Of a DNA stretch of 64,000 nucleotides, positions 39,058 through 54,806 are shown in pieces. The stretch's first letter is position 1; every line of letters begins with the position of its first letter. Source of the DNA: Cyanophora paradoxa CCMP329 (Eukaryota; Plantae; Glaucophyta); NCBI GenBank assembly GCA_004431415.1, contig QPMI01000395.1, forward strand, positions 310,001 to 374,000. Direction: 5' to 3'. A program made the position numbers and the translations under genes. The notes under the pieces were generated by a model. It was not told the origin of the DNA. It searched no databases and saw nothing but the letters and a program-made list of their open reading frames with translations.

Positions 39058-39338
39058 CTTGCTTTTCTCCTCGCTCGAAGCTAGCTAAAGTCGGTGCCGA
39101 TCCCGCCGCTCGCCGCCTGTGCGATCGCCCGCTGCGGCGGTGCGCCGACCTCAGAAACGTGCTCTACGCGTTTCTTCCTACGTTGCTATCGTCTGTGTGC
39201 GCGGTGCGGGCTTCGGGGGCGGAGATGCTGCCGCTGGGGGGGATACAGCACACTCGAGTTTGCTTGCCTTTTGAGCCCGTCACAGCCCCCCAGCTCGTTC
39301 ACGCGGCCTGCTAACGTTCGCCTCGAGACATCGAAGCA

Positions 39339-41194
<1,856 letters not shown>

Positions 41195-41713
41195 GCGGAG
41201 CGGGGTACAGGGCCCCCCGCAACGCGCGCCCGTCGCCCGCATACCCCCTGCGAGTCGCCTTACCATTTCAACTAGGGACTATGCACGGCCGGATCGGCCG
41301 TTTACTCAGATAGTGTACAGTGACCTTTCCATTTACGACTCTCACCGTGGCGCATGTACGGCCTAGCATGGCCAGTGATCATGACTTGCTTGTGCGTGTT
41401 CCGGGATCCTCTAGTTTTGTCATCGTGAGTGGCTTTGAAGCAGATAAGAATTGAAATTTTGAGCTTGCCGTGTGCTCAGGCCAGCGCGCTAGCGGTGCGA
41501 GCTCGAGGCAAACGTTTTAACGTTTCACGTGCACTGACTCAATTTTGAACATGCTGAGTTGCGCATGCCGGCGCGGCATGCGCAGCATATGCATGCGCAG
41601 CTAGCGCGCTGACGTCGACGAAATCGCGGCTCATCGGGGGGTACTGGTGCCGACAAGCGCTGGGCCCGGCGGCCGCGGAAGCGCAATTAATTGCAAGCCC
41701 CGAACTCCAGAAG

Positions 41714-44700
41714 ATGGAGGGCGGGCGAGAAGAAGCGCCGAACAAGCGCCCGCGCCTGGCCACGACGGCTCCAGCGCCCGCGGAGGGCGGTGAGCAGGAG
41801 GCGAACGCGCGCTCGGATGGCGGGAGCGGGCCCCAATCCGCACCAGGTGCTGCGCCAGTATAATCGCTCCATATTCTCTCTCTGATTAGGCCCGCGGCGC
41901 AGGGACGTGGGGAAGTCCGGGTGCTTCGGTTGCTCTGGATGTGGCCCCGACAACGTCACCACCACAGACCACAGAGGCCAGCGCATTTGCTGAGTGCAAC
42001 TCGTCCCCGGCGAGCGGGTCGCGCCGGCGGGAGCGCCTGCGGCCTTATCGTCGACCGGATCGACCGCTTTCGAATTCAGCTGCGGATCCAGCTCCGCCTG
42101 CGCTTGCAGCTGAACCGAACGGGCTTGAGGATGAGGAGCACAACAAGACCGACAAACCTGCAGCACACGCATCGCATGCGGAGCTTGAAGCCGCCTCGCC
42201 GCTGCCGCCGGTGCGGGCGCTGCAACTCATGGTGGAGTCACACGTCACTTCCGGCTCCAAGAATACACGGTCGGCCCAGATTCCCGCGAGCCGCTCTCTC
42301 CGCGCCTTACCCTTCGGCAGAGTCGTGCGCCTGGCCGCGGGCGCGACTGTGGCGGACCTGTTCGACGCGCTGCTGGTCGCCGAGGGGCTCCCGCCCTCGT
42401 CGGCGCCCCTGCAGCGGCTCTGGGGCGGCTCGCGCACGCTCTCCATGGACGACGCGCGCGCCCGCCTCGAGGACGTCGGCATCAGCGAGGGCCACCAGCG
42501 CATCCTCCGCCACTTGTGCGCGGCCCGCCACCCGCCGCCGCCGCCGCTGACGAGCCGGGCCAACCAGCCTGGCGCGGACGGGGTCGCCGCTTCAGGCGAT
42601 CGCGCCCGAGCTGCGCGAGCACCTGGCGGAGAGCGAGCAACTTCCCAGGAGCGCGGAGCGCAAGAACGAATTCCTGCAGGCCCTGCGCAGCGCCCACGCA
42701 GAGTGCCTCAACAGTCCCGTGCGCCGCCCCGCCCCGCCCCGCCCCGCCCTCGAGCTCGCGCGGGACTCTGACGGCGACGGCGGCATCCGCCCGGCCCCGC
42801 GGATCCAGTACGGTGACACGGTGGTGCGGCCCGCGCCCGCCGCGTCCGCTTGCCCGCGCCCGCCTCACGGGGACGCCGCGCAGATGGAGAACAGCCTCCT
42901 GCTCGCCTGCGCCCGGGGGGACGACTTCGCGGCCCTCGCCCTCGCCCTCCACGGCGCCAAGTGGGGCGCCCGCGACGCCGCGTCCGGCCTCGCCGCCCCC
43001 GCCCTCTTCGCCGACCAGCTAAAGGACGGCGACTGCGACCCGCTGAAGCTCGTCGCGCGGTGCGCGGCGCGGCTCGCAGACGCCTCGAGCTCGGGACGAA
43101 TGGCGCGCAGGCTGGAGCTCACGCTCACAACGCTGGCTATGACCGTCGACGACGAGGAGCTTTCCGACGCGGAGCGCAGCCGCACCTCCGCCAACCGTTT
43201 CGCTCTCGACATCCTTCGCGCCGCCGGTGCGTGCACTCTGCTCGCGCGCCGGCGCCGCCGCGCGCCGAGAAGGGCGCGCAGGCGCCTGGCGGGATTTTTC
43301 GGGGCAGCAGGCGCTGGAGGAGGCGCAGCGGCTCTCGGAGCTGTGCGAGACGCAAGCGGCGTGGCGGCGCTTCCTTGGGCGGCTCATGCGGCAAGGCCCG
43401 AGCGAGGCCCTGCATCCTTACACCCTCGCGTTTTTCGCCGCATCCACCTTCGCTGAGGTGCGCCGCGCCGCGCCGCCGCTCGCCCGCCCCGCCCGCCGGC
43501 CGCTCAGGCTGCCCGCAGGAGTGGCGCTTAAACGCGATCAGACTGCTCGAAGGCAAGGGGGCACCCGCCGTGCACGCCCTCCTTGCCGTCTTCGACGCGA
43601 ACCGGGGCGCCGGCGCCGCTGCGACGGCGCTGCGGGCGCGCGTGCAGTCTGTCCTGCTCAACCCGGCGCTCCGGCGCTGCTACGAGGCCCCGGCCGTCGC
43701 CGAGGCGCTTCTCTCCGCCGCAACGCGAGCGGCGGGGGGCCACCGCCGCCACGGCGCCGGCGTCCTCCCCCCGCGGTCCCTCCAGGCCGGCGCCCCGCTC
43801 GCCGCCCTCCTGCGCGTGCTCTGCGGCCCGGGGCGGCCCGGGGTGCGCGCCTACGCCGCTTCTCCGGAGGCCGCGCGGCAGTCGGCATCGGCGCCCCTCC
43901 TCCCGCTCCGCGTCCTCTCCTCCCTGGAGGAGGCGGCGGGCGGGCTGCACTCCGAGTACCCCCCGGAGACCGCCGCCGCCCTCCTCGACGCCATCGCCGG
44001 GCACCCCCCGACGCGCGCCGCCGTCGCCTCGACCCTCGTCGACGCGGCCGCCGCCGCCCTGGGCTCCGTCTACTCCGAGCTCCATGGCTTCGCGGCCGCG
44101 GCCGCCCCCGCCGATCGCGAGGGGCGGGACGAGGATGAGGAGGAGGAGGAGGGGGAGGAGCGGCGGCCAATCGAGGTGCAGCCGGCCGCGGAGCAGCAGC
44201 TGCGCGCGCTGGAGCGCGCTGCGCGGGCGCTGCGCTTCGACTTCGACGGCGCCGACGAGGATCGCGAGGCGGTCGAGCGGCAGGCCCGCGCCGCCGACGT
44301 CGCCCTCCGCCTCGCGTCCGCCACTTTACTTCCGCCCGCCCCGCTCTGCTGCGCTTCGCTTCGCGCTCGACTCACTCTTTGGCGTCGCGCGCAGCGCGGC
44401 GGCGGCGGCGGCCCTGCGCGCGCTGGCGCCCACCCTCCGGAGCGCCTTCCTCCTGGGCTGCCCCGCCCTACTCTCTTCCAAGGCTCGCCCCCGCCCGCCC
44501 GCCCGCCCGCCCATCCGCCCCGCCGCTCGCCCTCACGGTCGGGATCGATCGCAGCCGGCCGAGTTCGTGTGGCGGTGCATGGCGGCGGGGGCGGCCCTGG
44601 CGGGGGCGGCCGGTGTCCTCGACGGCTTCGCGGACTCGCTGCGGCCCTTCCGGTGCGCATGCGCGACGTCCCGCCCTTGCCGACCCTTGCCGCCTCGCCT

Positions 44701-46733
44701 CACTGCGCGGGCGCGCGCAGCGGGCTGCTCTCGGACTGCGTGCAGGCGCTCATCGCCGGGCGCGCCTTCCGCGGATCGTCCCTCGCGGCGGCGGTGGGGC
44801 GGGTGCCCGGGGCCGTGCGGCCCCACCTCCGGCGGCAGGCGAGCCGCCCGAACGAAGTTGGACCCCGCGTCCGCCTCGTCCGCTCGCGCCTCACCTCCCT
44901 TCGTTCTCAGGCGCTGGTGGCCGAGCTCGTGGTGGGGCCCTCGCCCGCGGGGCGCGCCCTCGCCGACGGGGGCGAGGACGAGGAGGAGGGGTACGAGGAG
45001 TACGAGGACGCGGGCCCCGCGCCCTTGGAGCTCGCGGTCTCCCGAGGCTCGCTCATCGACTCCAGGCGAGTCCGGTTCCTGGGCCCGGAAGCTTGGGCCC
45101 TTCTGAACAGCGGGCCGCCGGCCGCGCAGCATCGCGAGCTTGGGCGCGGATCTGCTCCTCCCTTCCGGGGCGGAAGCGGCGGGGGGGCCCGGCGCTACAG
45201 CCGAAGGCGACTTCCGTCGCGCCGTCGCCAACATGCAGGCTCGCCCACCTCCGCCCCCGCGCCCGCCCCCGCCCCCCCGCGCTCGGCTGACGCGGCGCGC
45301 GCGCGCCGGCGCAGGTGACGTTCCGTGGAGAAGAGGCGCACGGCCCCGGGGTGCTGCGCGAGTACTTCGCCTGCCTGGCGCGCGAGCTGCTCGACCCGCA
45401 GGCCGCCCTCTTCCGACGCCACGACGACGCCGCCGGCGTCTACTACCCCTCCAGGTCTGCCCCCCCCCCTCCCACTCGGCCCTCGGGGGTACAGGCCCTC
45501 TGTGCCTCTGAGCTGGCTGACGGTCCCGCCCGGCCCTCCCAGCGACGCCCGCGTGCACCCCAGCCACCTCAGGCTCGTACCCTCTTCCTCCTCGTTCTGC
45601 GGCCCGGCCCCTCCGCTGAGCCCCCCCGCAGCATGTTCCGCCTGTGCGGGTGGGCGATGGGCGCCGCCTTCGCCACGGGCGCTGTGTTCCCCGTCTACGT
45701 CCGTACCCCCGCCAGCCCTCTCCCGCGTACCCCCCTCACCCCCCCCCCAGTTCCCGGAGTGCCTGTACGGGTACCTGCTGGGGCGGCCGCTGGGCCTGCC
45801 GGACCTCGCCTCCTTGGAGCCGACCATCGCCCGCGCCCTTCAAAACGTGCGAACGAAGCCTTGCCTCATCTTCTCTGTCGTCGTTTTCCTCTCTGAGACG
45901 GGAGGCAGGACGTGCTGGGACGGGGGGTGGAGGACCTGGGTATGGTGTTCGCGGTGGACGAGGTCTTCTTTGGGGAGCACCGCACCGTACCCCTGCGCCC
46001 CGGCGGCGAGACCGAGCCCGTCACCGACGCCAACAAGGCCCGCCCCCTTTCCTCACCTGAGCTTTAAGTTTCGCCCGGCCTCACGCGCGCCGGCGCAGGG
46101 GGAGTACGTGCAGCTCGCGGTGGAGTACTACATCGTCGGGCGCGTCCGCCAGGAGGCGCGTCCCCCCCCCTCCCCCTCCCCTTCCCCCCTCTTGACGTTG
46201 CTGGGGGTACAGCTGGAGGCGCTGCGGGAGGGGCTGCGGCGGGTGCTGCCGGCGGCGGCGACGGCGGCGCTGCTGCCGGGCGAGCTGCGGGCGATTGTCG
46301 AGGGGCGGGCGGAGGTCGACGTGGCGGACTGGCGCCGCCACACGCGCTACGGCAACGGCCTCTCGGCCGACTCGCAGGAGGCCCGCCCCGCCCCGCTGCC
46401 CGGTCGTCGCGAATCCCCCGGTGACGCGCCCCGCAGGTGGCCTGGTTCTGGGATTACGTCGAGGCGCTGACGGCGGCGGGGCGGGCGCGGCTGCTTGCGT
46501 TCGCGACGGGGAGCCCGCGGGCGCCGCCGGGTGGCTTCGCGCACCTCGTGGCGTCGAGCGGGCGGCAGGAGCCGTTCCAGCTCGTGCGGGAGGACCGGGA
46601 GGGGCCGGGGCGGCTGCCGACGGCCCACACCTGCTTCAACCAGCTCGTCCTGCCGCGCTACGCGAGCCCCGAGGCGCTGCGGGCCGCCCTCGACGCCGCC
46701 ATCGGCGCCGACCACGGCTTCGGCTTCGCGTGA
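41714..46733 (+). CDS. HECT E3 ubiquitin ligase with ubiquitin-like domain (UPL5-like), paralog B, inverted relative to paralog A
   Basis: Starts MEGGREEAPNKRPRL, with the same exon structure as 26010-31009. FRGEEAHGPGVLREYF and PTAHTCFN (catalytic Cys intact). Confidence 0.9.
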
Positions 46734-47374
46734 CTCGCCGACTCGGCGAGCCCGCCTTCCGATGATAGCCAGCTGTATATGTAATAGTGCCTCTGGCTAG
46801 ATACGGGCCGCTTTTACGATTAGTAATATAATGGAAGATTAAAACGGGAGCTGTGTCGAGCAGGCCTAGGGCTGTCGGGGGCATCGGAAGCTGTGTTGCA
46901 ATTGGGGGCAGGGGTCCCCGCGGCCGGGGACGGGCCGGGGGCCGCATGGTCGAAAGTTATGCGGGTGCATTCTCGTGCGAGCCGTTGAATCGAACCACGA
47001 CTCCCCGGCCCGGCGGGACATATGCATTTGGCACAGTGATTTAGCGGGAACCTGCCCCGGTGGACGGGAAAAGGGTCGGGGGCGGGAAAGCCGGCGGGGC
47101 GCTACCCCCATTCTATTTGCCCCCATCGACGCCCCCTTCAAATCCACGCCCGATCCACATGCACTTAAGCTTAAAGCTTGCGCGCGCACGACACAATCCG
47201 TATTTATCAAAATCGGAAACATGTAATGCGCTACAGCGAATCGGAAACTACTGGTCTAAAATCGCAAGCACAAGCGAAATCGAAATGAAACGAAGACCCG
47301 AACTGCAAGATGTTCGACGACCTATCAGTCGAACTCGAATTAGTACTTGTTTGCAATTGTGGCTATAGCTGTAG

Positions 47375-50300
47375 CTAGTACTTGGCCAGCAGCAGCGCCG
47401 CAGCCGCGGCCGCGCTCGCCAGGACGGCCGACAGCAGTGACGAGGCAGAGAGGGCGCCGGCGGCGCTCCAGTACGGCACGGAAACGGTTGCCGGATTGCT
47501 GACTTTCATGGCGAACTGCGCGCGGGCGGAACGTTGACGGCAGGCGTCGTCGACGTCGATGTCAGCTTCGAATTCGGGAAACAGCGGATAGAATAAGCAG
47601 TATTATTAATGGCATGGGCGCACGGCGGTGAGATGATCGCAGGTGGCCGCGTAAACAGCGCCGCTGGAGGAGGTCGCCTTGTCGCACTCCTTCCAGGCGC
47701 GCGAGGCCTCATCGAAGTAGACCAGGGAGACCGTCTGGCCGGCGCTCGTGACGCACGCGCTGTTGAGGGGCAGCTCGAAGGTGATCTTGGACTTGAAGCT
47801 CTGGAGATTCACGACGCTTCCGTCGTCGGCGAACGCCGTCGCCGTGACCTCGTAGATGGGCGAGGCGAGCACGGAGCATGCGGACGAGGTGACGCCGAAT
47901 GCCGACGCCGGCGGCGTGTTCACTGCAACCTGTTCGTAACAGTTCAGAATATAACATAGTCAGTTGAGGTGCATTCGCCCATGATCAACGGCTATGAGCT
48001 CAAAGCGAATTCGGTATATTTATATTTGGAGCTCGGGGGGCGCGGTCGGACCTGGAAGTCGCCGGAGGCGGCGTCCGAAGGGAAGCGGACCTGCGAATGC
48101 GACGCGCACGTGCACGAACGTCAACTTGGCCATACGCGCACGTAGTTGCAATTCACAAAAATTTAAACAGCCCGGTACCAAATCAAGAGCGAACAAACCT
48201 GCGCGGCGGGGCCCGTGCCCGATGACGGAATCGACAGGGAGAGCGACTTCGTGTCTGTCTTCGTGCAAACCTGAGGGACCAGAATTATAATTTCACGTTG
48301 GGCGTCAACACGTAGATCTAGATCTAGATCTAAATGTACATGTGCGGACATCGATGGTGTGAATTCTTTTTACATGTTTTGTGGAAAAATGAATCCGAAC
48401 CTTGAAGCGAAGCGGCTCGAGGCTAGAGGAGCGCGGCTGGGCCGTGCAGGAGGCGTTGCCCGACTTGAGGGTGATCTGCGTGGAGACCGAGCTGAGGGCC
48501 TTCTGCGTCTGGCTGCGGATGGCCGTCGCGGCCTCAGACGTGGATGTTGCGGGAATGGCTGCCAAGAGCCCAGCCAGGCTTGCTTGCAGGCCCTGCCAAG
48601 CCCACGTGTGAGCCGAGGATGCGAGTGGGCCGATGCGATTCGCAAATATTAATATTTCGCTCGCACCGCCGAGTCGATGCCCGCGGTCGTGGCGATGCTC
48701 TGCAACAGAGCGCACGCGTCGTATCAGATGCGAAGTAACGCGACTTGGGAAGATTTTAATATATACACCCTCGCTTATAATTACAAAAGAAGCAACTCTG
48801 ATCATTTATTATAGAAGTGATGAACCGGGTTGGCCTGGATGACGGACATCAGGAGGCTGGCCCCCTTCACCGCGTCGGCCTCCTGCGAAGACACTTCGTT
48901 AGACTTTATGTTAAAGCCAGTGCGCACGTGGACATGTCTCCATGGCCAGAAGCGATGTCACTTGCCTTTAGGGCGCCAGTCTTCGCAGCCAGGGGGGCCA
49001 CGGACGCGAAGAAGCTCACAAGGGCGCCGGCAGTCTGCGTTATAATTAACGTTTAATGTGCTACCTCTTTAATATGCACATGCATCGCGACCTCAACCCG
49101 CGGCCGACCCATCTATATCGCTAGATATATAGAGTAGACGCTGAGGTAATATAAACGGATTCGCTCACCTCTGTGTCCTTAAGGTCGACACCGGCCTTCG
49201 TCGCCTCATTGTTCACAGTCTTCGCGTAGAAATCGTGTTACTCATTTGTGGACAAATAGAGAATTTTCGCAAATAGAGATCTAGACACGCTGGCGATGGC
49301 GCTAAAGCTAGTAGCTGCGCATTAATTTTCACATACTATTTTCGCTACTGTTATAGACTCGCGATCGAGATTCGTAATTTCGCGTCGACGTCTTTAATTT
49401 TATATATATATGCATGTTGAATATATGTGAACCCACCGTCATGACGTTCGTGAGGGCGCCGGAGAGCGCGTCGGTTGCGGCGCTCGTCTGGAGGAGGGCA
49501 CGCCGGGCGAGGTGGCGGAGGGCGGTGCCCGTGAGCTTGAAGTAGTCCGTCTTCAAATGTCGTGAAATCATGATCAGATTCATGGTCAATCAAATCAACC
49601 CAACTATAACCTCATTACTTATCGACCTTGAGCGTGTTGACGAGGGCGACGATTCTCTTCATCTTGGTTCCGAATGCCTCCGTGCTCTAGAGCCGCAAGT
49701 TTATGAGCTCCAATATTAATGCAATCTATAGGAAGCGGGAAAGTAAAACACTTACATCGACAATAATCTTCAGTTGCTCATTGAAAACCGCGATCAGACT
49801 CTGTGATTATGATTTTAGCGTCAGCAACGTGCGCGTCATGATCATGATCGAACGCGCCATGATTAAACGCAAATCATACGCGTGCGCGTATTAATAATAT
49901 TTAATATGACCGAATCAGCCAATCTTTATAAAAAATTGGCGGCATCGAACCTGGAAGCGCTCGAACGCATCGGTGCCCGAGGACGGCGGAACGAGCGGCG
50001 TGACCTCGATCGGAGACGGCAGGCTGAACGTGGTAGAGAGCCCCTTGCTGTCCGCGATCTTGACCGTCAGCTTCGCGCTCTGCGTCGTATCGGACAACTG
50101 CGCGCCAAAGAGATGGTTGGTATCGATATCGTGAGCGGGTTAATTGTAGCGTTCTGTCAGCAACTTCGTCGCATCTTATAATATTTCAGACGCACCGACG
50201 GGAAGTAGAAGGCCATGGAAGGCTCTAGGGAGGACGAGACGAGGAGGTCGGTGCTGAGGTCCGAAAAGATAGAGTAGACGAGGCGCGGGGAGCCGGTGCG

Positions 50301-52390
50301 CCAGCCGGAGCAGTTGACCGTCGCGGGCTCCACTGCCGCCTTGACGGACGATGGCCCGGCGACGCACGTGCCACCGTATGGGGGGACGCCTGACACGCCG
50401 CTTCGGGTGAGCGCCGAGCAATGCATATATGTCTAGCTCGTGCGCGTGACTGAAGCTTTCGCACGCTCACCCGAGACGGCCGCGGGGGCTGGAGACGGGA
50501 CGGGTGTCGGAGTGGCGGCAGTGACGGCGCCGGCGCCAGCAACCGCGAGCGGCGGCGTCGGAGTGGGAGCGTCGACGGCCGCCGCAGAATTCAAAGTTGG
50601 GGTGGGCTCCGGGGCTCCGGCCGCGGGCGCCGCCTCGGCTGTGGGGCTGGGCGAGGATCCGGAGGGCGTGGCGGATGGTGTGGCGGAGGGCGTCGGGCTC
50701 GGGCTTGGCGTGGGGGTGCAGGCGGGCCGCGTTGAAGTGCAGGTGAAAGAGACGTCTGAAATTAAAATTGCGTGAGTCATGAGCATGATCAGTTGCGATT
50801 GTGCGCGCGTTTGGATATTTGAGGAATCGAACACACCGCCGTTGAGTGTCGCCTTTAGACCGAAGGAGGACGAATCGGAAGCCGTATTGGATGACTACAG
50901 TATACATGTGCACGCATCATGTCAAACTTATGAGTGGAGATCGGTACTTGTAATGATTCCATGCTTTCGAATTCGCGACCGGGTGCGAACCGTCTCGTCA
51001 AATTTATAGTAGAAGTAAAAGTCGTCCGGGTTGTAGGTTTCACAAGCCAGCCCATTCTGTCCGAAACATCGTCGAATATTAATATTTAATAAAACCGGGT
51101 ACGATCGCGAGTTGCAGAGGAGATTGATATCGTCACAGTATACATACGTAGACGCCTGACCTGATAAACGTTTTGTACCTCCGCTTGTGTGAGCGCTTTG
51201 TTGCGCCACCAGCGCAAATCGGCGATTGATGCATTGGAGAAAGTCGTATAATCGGTATTCTGCAAATGTGCGATCGCGTGAATACAATGCAAACGCCATT
51301 TAAAGAACCTCGCGCGATTGAGACTTTAAGCACCCCCAAGTTGGCCCCGATGAAGTTTTTCCTGAAATCGATTGATTCTGCCTGTAGGATTCCAGTGCCA
51401 GCCTTGGCGTTCGCTCCAGGGGTGTTGTTGACGAAGGATCCGGGAGGATCGGTCACAATGGGAGCGTAGGTTCCGTAGGCGTAGCCCGCAGGGCCCGAGA
51501 GGCCCTGAGCTTCTCCGTTCAAGTAGATGGAGACAGGCGAGCCCTCGTTCCCACTGATCGTGTTGCCGCTGAGCTGGAACGTTGCGGGCACGGGAGCTCC
51601 GAAGACAATCGCTGAAGGTTGCAAGTGCGATCAGATCCATGATAAAGTTTGAGCACGACCGCATATATATATATAATTAAGGCCAAGAAAATACAGAAAT
51701 CGCAAAGCACCGATGTGAACCCATTTCGATAGGGGGATGCCTGACGAGAACATGTACATCCGCCAGGCTGCATATGCATGCAGACGTGCCATTAATATTG
51801 AAAAGAGCTCGAGCAGTCAACAAGGCCTAGGACTACAAGTAGTTGCATGCATATGTTTGTACACATGTAAAGTCCAGCGCACCGGTAGCACTCAAGTACT
51901 GCGCGGAGTACCTCCAGAGGGACAGGAAGGGGGTACTATCCGTGGCATTCTGCGATTTTTTTGAGTCCGGCGGCCATCGAACTACTGATGATCACAGCTC
52001 TACATGTAAATCTCATGAACAACATATATATATATATTAATGGTCAGACTGTGGATCCGGATGCGAACCTTCGAAAAGTAGAGCACGAGCTCGTGCGGGG
52101 ATAAGTTGTTTACGTTATCATCATGCTTATCTTTAAAGTTGAGCAGCCCAGCATCATACTCGGGAATTGAATGCAGATTGATCCTACGGCGTGCAAAGGG
52201 TGCGCGCGCGCAAACGTTAACGATTCCGCTCTTTAAGCAGGAGAATAGAGATCAAGACGTGCATACCAAAACTCGAGAGTGCTCGGGGCTCGGAGCTTGA
52301 ACTTGCCCTCAAAAGAAGACATATTCAGGAAGCGCGCAGTGGGACTAGAGGCAGTCCCAAACTTGACACCTGAATACGCGCTCCAATTTC
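47375..52390 (-). CDS. Large cell-surface protein: LamG-like, Pro/Thr stalk, REJ-like, GAIN/GPS, hydrophobic GPI-like C-terminus; 5' end undefined
   Basis: LamG-like TLEFW and IADLRWWRNKALTQAEVQNVY. PTPSPSPTPSATPS stalk. REJ-like PPYGGTCVAGP..TVNCSGWRTGSPRLVY. GPS: W..TCDHLTA/FAMK (spliced). Tail SAAGALSASSLLSAVLASAAAAAALLLAKY*. Confidence 0.7.
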
Positions 52391-53188
52391 AGCCATTGGG
52401 GCTAAGGTAGCCATCTTGATCGCGATCGTACGCGTGGCCGCGCGCCGGGCGGGCCGCGGGTGCGTATATTATACGTATGCGCATCGGCGAACTCTAGAGG
52501 ATCGCTAGCGCTGTTGCAATTTTGCCAAGGTACGGGTGCGCCGGTGAAAATTAAAAGCATAACGTAACGACGTAATATTTATGATACGCGTACGACATCT
52601 TTCGACGCGTACGGTGCCGCAGTGTTGTAAATTTAATGCCATATGCATTTCCATTGCATTCCAGAGCGCTCACCACACGAAGGGGGGCCTTGCGCGAGGG
52701 CGCCGCCCGCCGCGTGCACGAACAAGACGAACGCCAGCGCGAGCCCTGCACGCGCAGCTGCATGCGCATGCCCGGGTTTGATGGAGGCCGGCCTAGGCTG
52801 CGTGCTCCTTTGACGAGCTGTCATCTTTAACGATGCTGGCCTGCAGCTGCAGCTGAGTGCGCGGAGCTAGTCAGACGTCGACGTCGACTGGCCCAGCGGC
52901 CTGCAGCTGAGTGATCTCCGACGGTCACTGCAATTGCAAGCCTGCATGCGCAACTTGCTGGGTGCGCGGAGCCTCGGAGAGTCGGAGCTATACTATATAA
53001 ATAGCTACCGGCCGCGGGATACTGGCCTGATCGAGTAACCGTTGAACTATACGGTCTATATATACCAGTATACGTAGTCACTGAGTACCGGTAATCATTG
53101 AATGTTGCATCGTGGGCCTTCGTGGCAATGGTGGCCCACTGGCCCCTGGTGGGCCGGGGTCACCGGGCCGGGTCGACGTCATCGACTA

Positions 53189-53577
53189 CTGTAAAGCAGG
53201 AAATATTTAAGAGGTTGGATATTAATAGTACTAAAGTTCTAAAGCCTGAGTACTAAAGTTTTTGATACTATTAAACCTGAGGCCCGGGGGGGGTAGCTAT
53301 ATAGCGCAGTAACATCGGCGCTGCAGTATACGTATACGTAGTTGAATTGCTCGAAGGAACTTTCGGAAACGCAGAAGCGCGCGGCGTCGCCGCGCGCGGC
53401 CGGCGTCGAGCACCGGGTCCGCCAGGAGTGTACGCGCCGCGCCCCCGTGCAACCCGGAACCCCCTAGGCCTGCTAAAGGCTTTCGCGACCAACTCTTAAT
53501 TATTTTAGGCCTACTAAACCGGCCAAACCTCGGAATTACTAAACATTTTGGGGTCTTAAATATTTCCTGCTTTACAG
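53189..53577. mobile_element. MITE, Tc1/mariner-pogo type (389 bp)
   Basis: Perfect 24-bp TIRs CTGTAAAGCAGGAAATATTTAAGA (53189-53212 and 53554-53577), flanked by TA on both sides. Internal TACTAAA motifs. Confidence 0.88.
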
Positions 53578-54806
53578 TAGTCCTCGGCGTCGACGTCGCG
53601 AGACTCGCGACTCGCGAGTCGGCGTCGACTCGGCGAATCGACGGCGATGAGCAGCCAGAGTCAGCAGCCAGACTGGCCTGAGTGATGTCACAGTGTAGCA
53701 CGGTTTTTAACCGTTGGAACTTGGAACGTTAATCCGATGATCGTTGATCATGAATTCGAACTACCGTACGCGTAGTACTAGGCTTAGTGGCCCAGTGACT
53801 CCACTGGGCCGCACGGCCCACACTGCACAGTGCACGTGCACGGTGCACGGTCTGCACTGACTCTGCAGACTGCAGAGGTATTTAACCTCTCAGAGTCTCA
53901 AGATCTAGAGTCTGCAAATTGACTGCAATTAAACTGGAAAGTGGGCGGATTCCCGGCGGAAACATTAGAATTGCGAATTCCTTGGCCTTGCGAACTTGTT
54001 CTTTTTATTTCCAGAAGCAAAACTTAAATTCACTGGCATTAATTACAAAGTATTTTTTCCCAGAATTGGTCGCATACAGATGGCTGTAAGACAGCAGGCT
54101 GTCAGCAGACGGTAAGACAGCAGTAATAGTGTCCGGGAGTCACCGTGACCGGTACCGCGCCAGAGCCTCGGAGAGTCCAACGGTCTAGATCTGGCAGAGA
54201 CCACGTGCCACGGTGCACGAACGGCTCCGTGCTAGTACCCGTCTTTATATAATTAGTTATTAATTGAAAAAGATAACTGTTTTTGGTGAATTACGGGCCA
54301 CAGTCTCTCGATTCGCCGGCTGATTCGAATTCGATAAATCGACACTAATTAATATTCCAAGGAAATCCTATTGCAAACATTCGATGTACAGCTTACGTAT
54401 ACATATATATTCATATGCATACTGGTATATGCCCGGCCTGCTAATCAAAAAGTGTGCAACGTTAACGCTGCATAGCACTGCATACTGCAGACTGCAGTAG
54501 TAGCAGTGCATAGCTATAACACTGCATATATATATAGTACTAGTAGCAGTGCACTGCACTGCATCATGGCATAGCACTGCATAGCACTAGGCCTAGGCTA
54601 GTATGCACTGCGGCAAAGTTTTGAAGTTTGCAAACTTACTAAGTTAGCTTGTATTATAAGTTGTATACCGCCATAATACCGGTAGCTATATAGTCTGCAG
54701 TAGATAAATATTAAGCTGGACTCTCAGAGTCTGTATAATGTAATACGGAGTCTGTAATACATATATATATGACTCTGTATATATAGACCGTCGGACGCAC
54801 TCTCGA

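Noticed and set aside
41560-41584. 11-bp-stem hairpin TGCGCATGCCG-GCG-CGGCATGCGCA upstream of HECT paralog B
   Set aside because: It is not conserved upstream of paralog A, and similar palindromes are common in intergenic DNA here.
46866-47140. Possible hAT-like MITE (AGGG..GGGGGCA / TGCCCCCA..CCCCT)
   Set aside because: The inverted match is short and imperfect, and no TSD could be identified.
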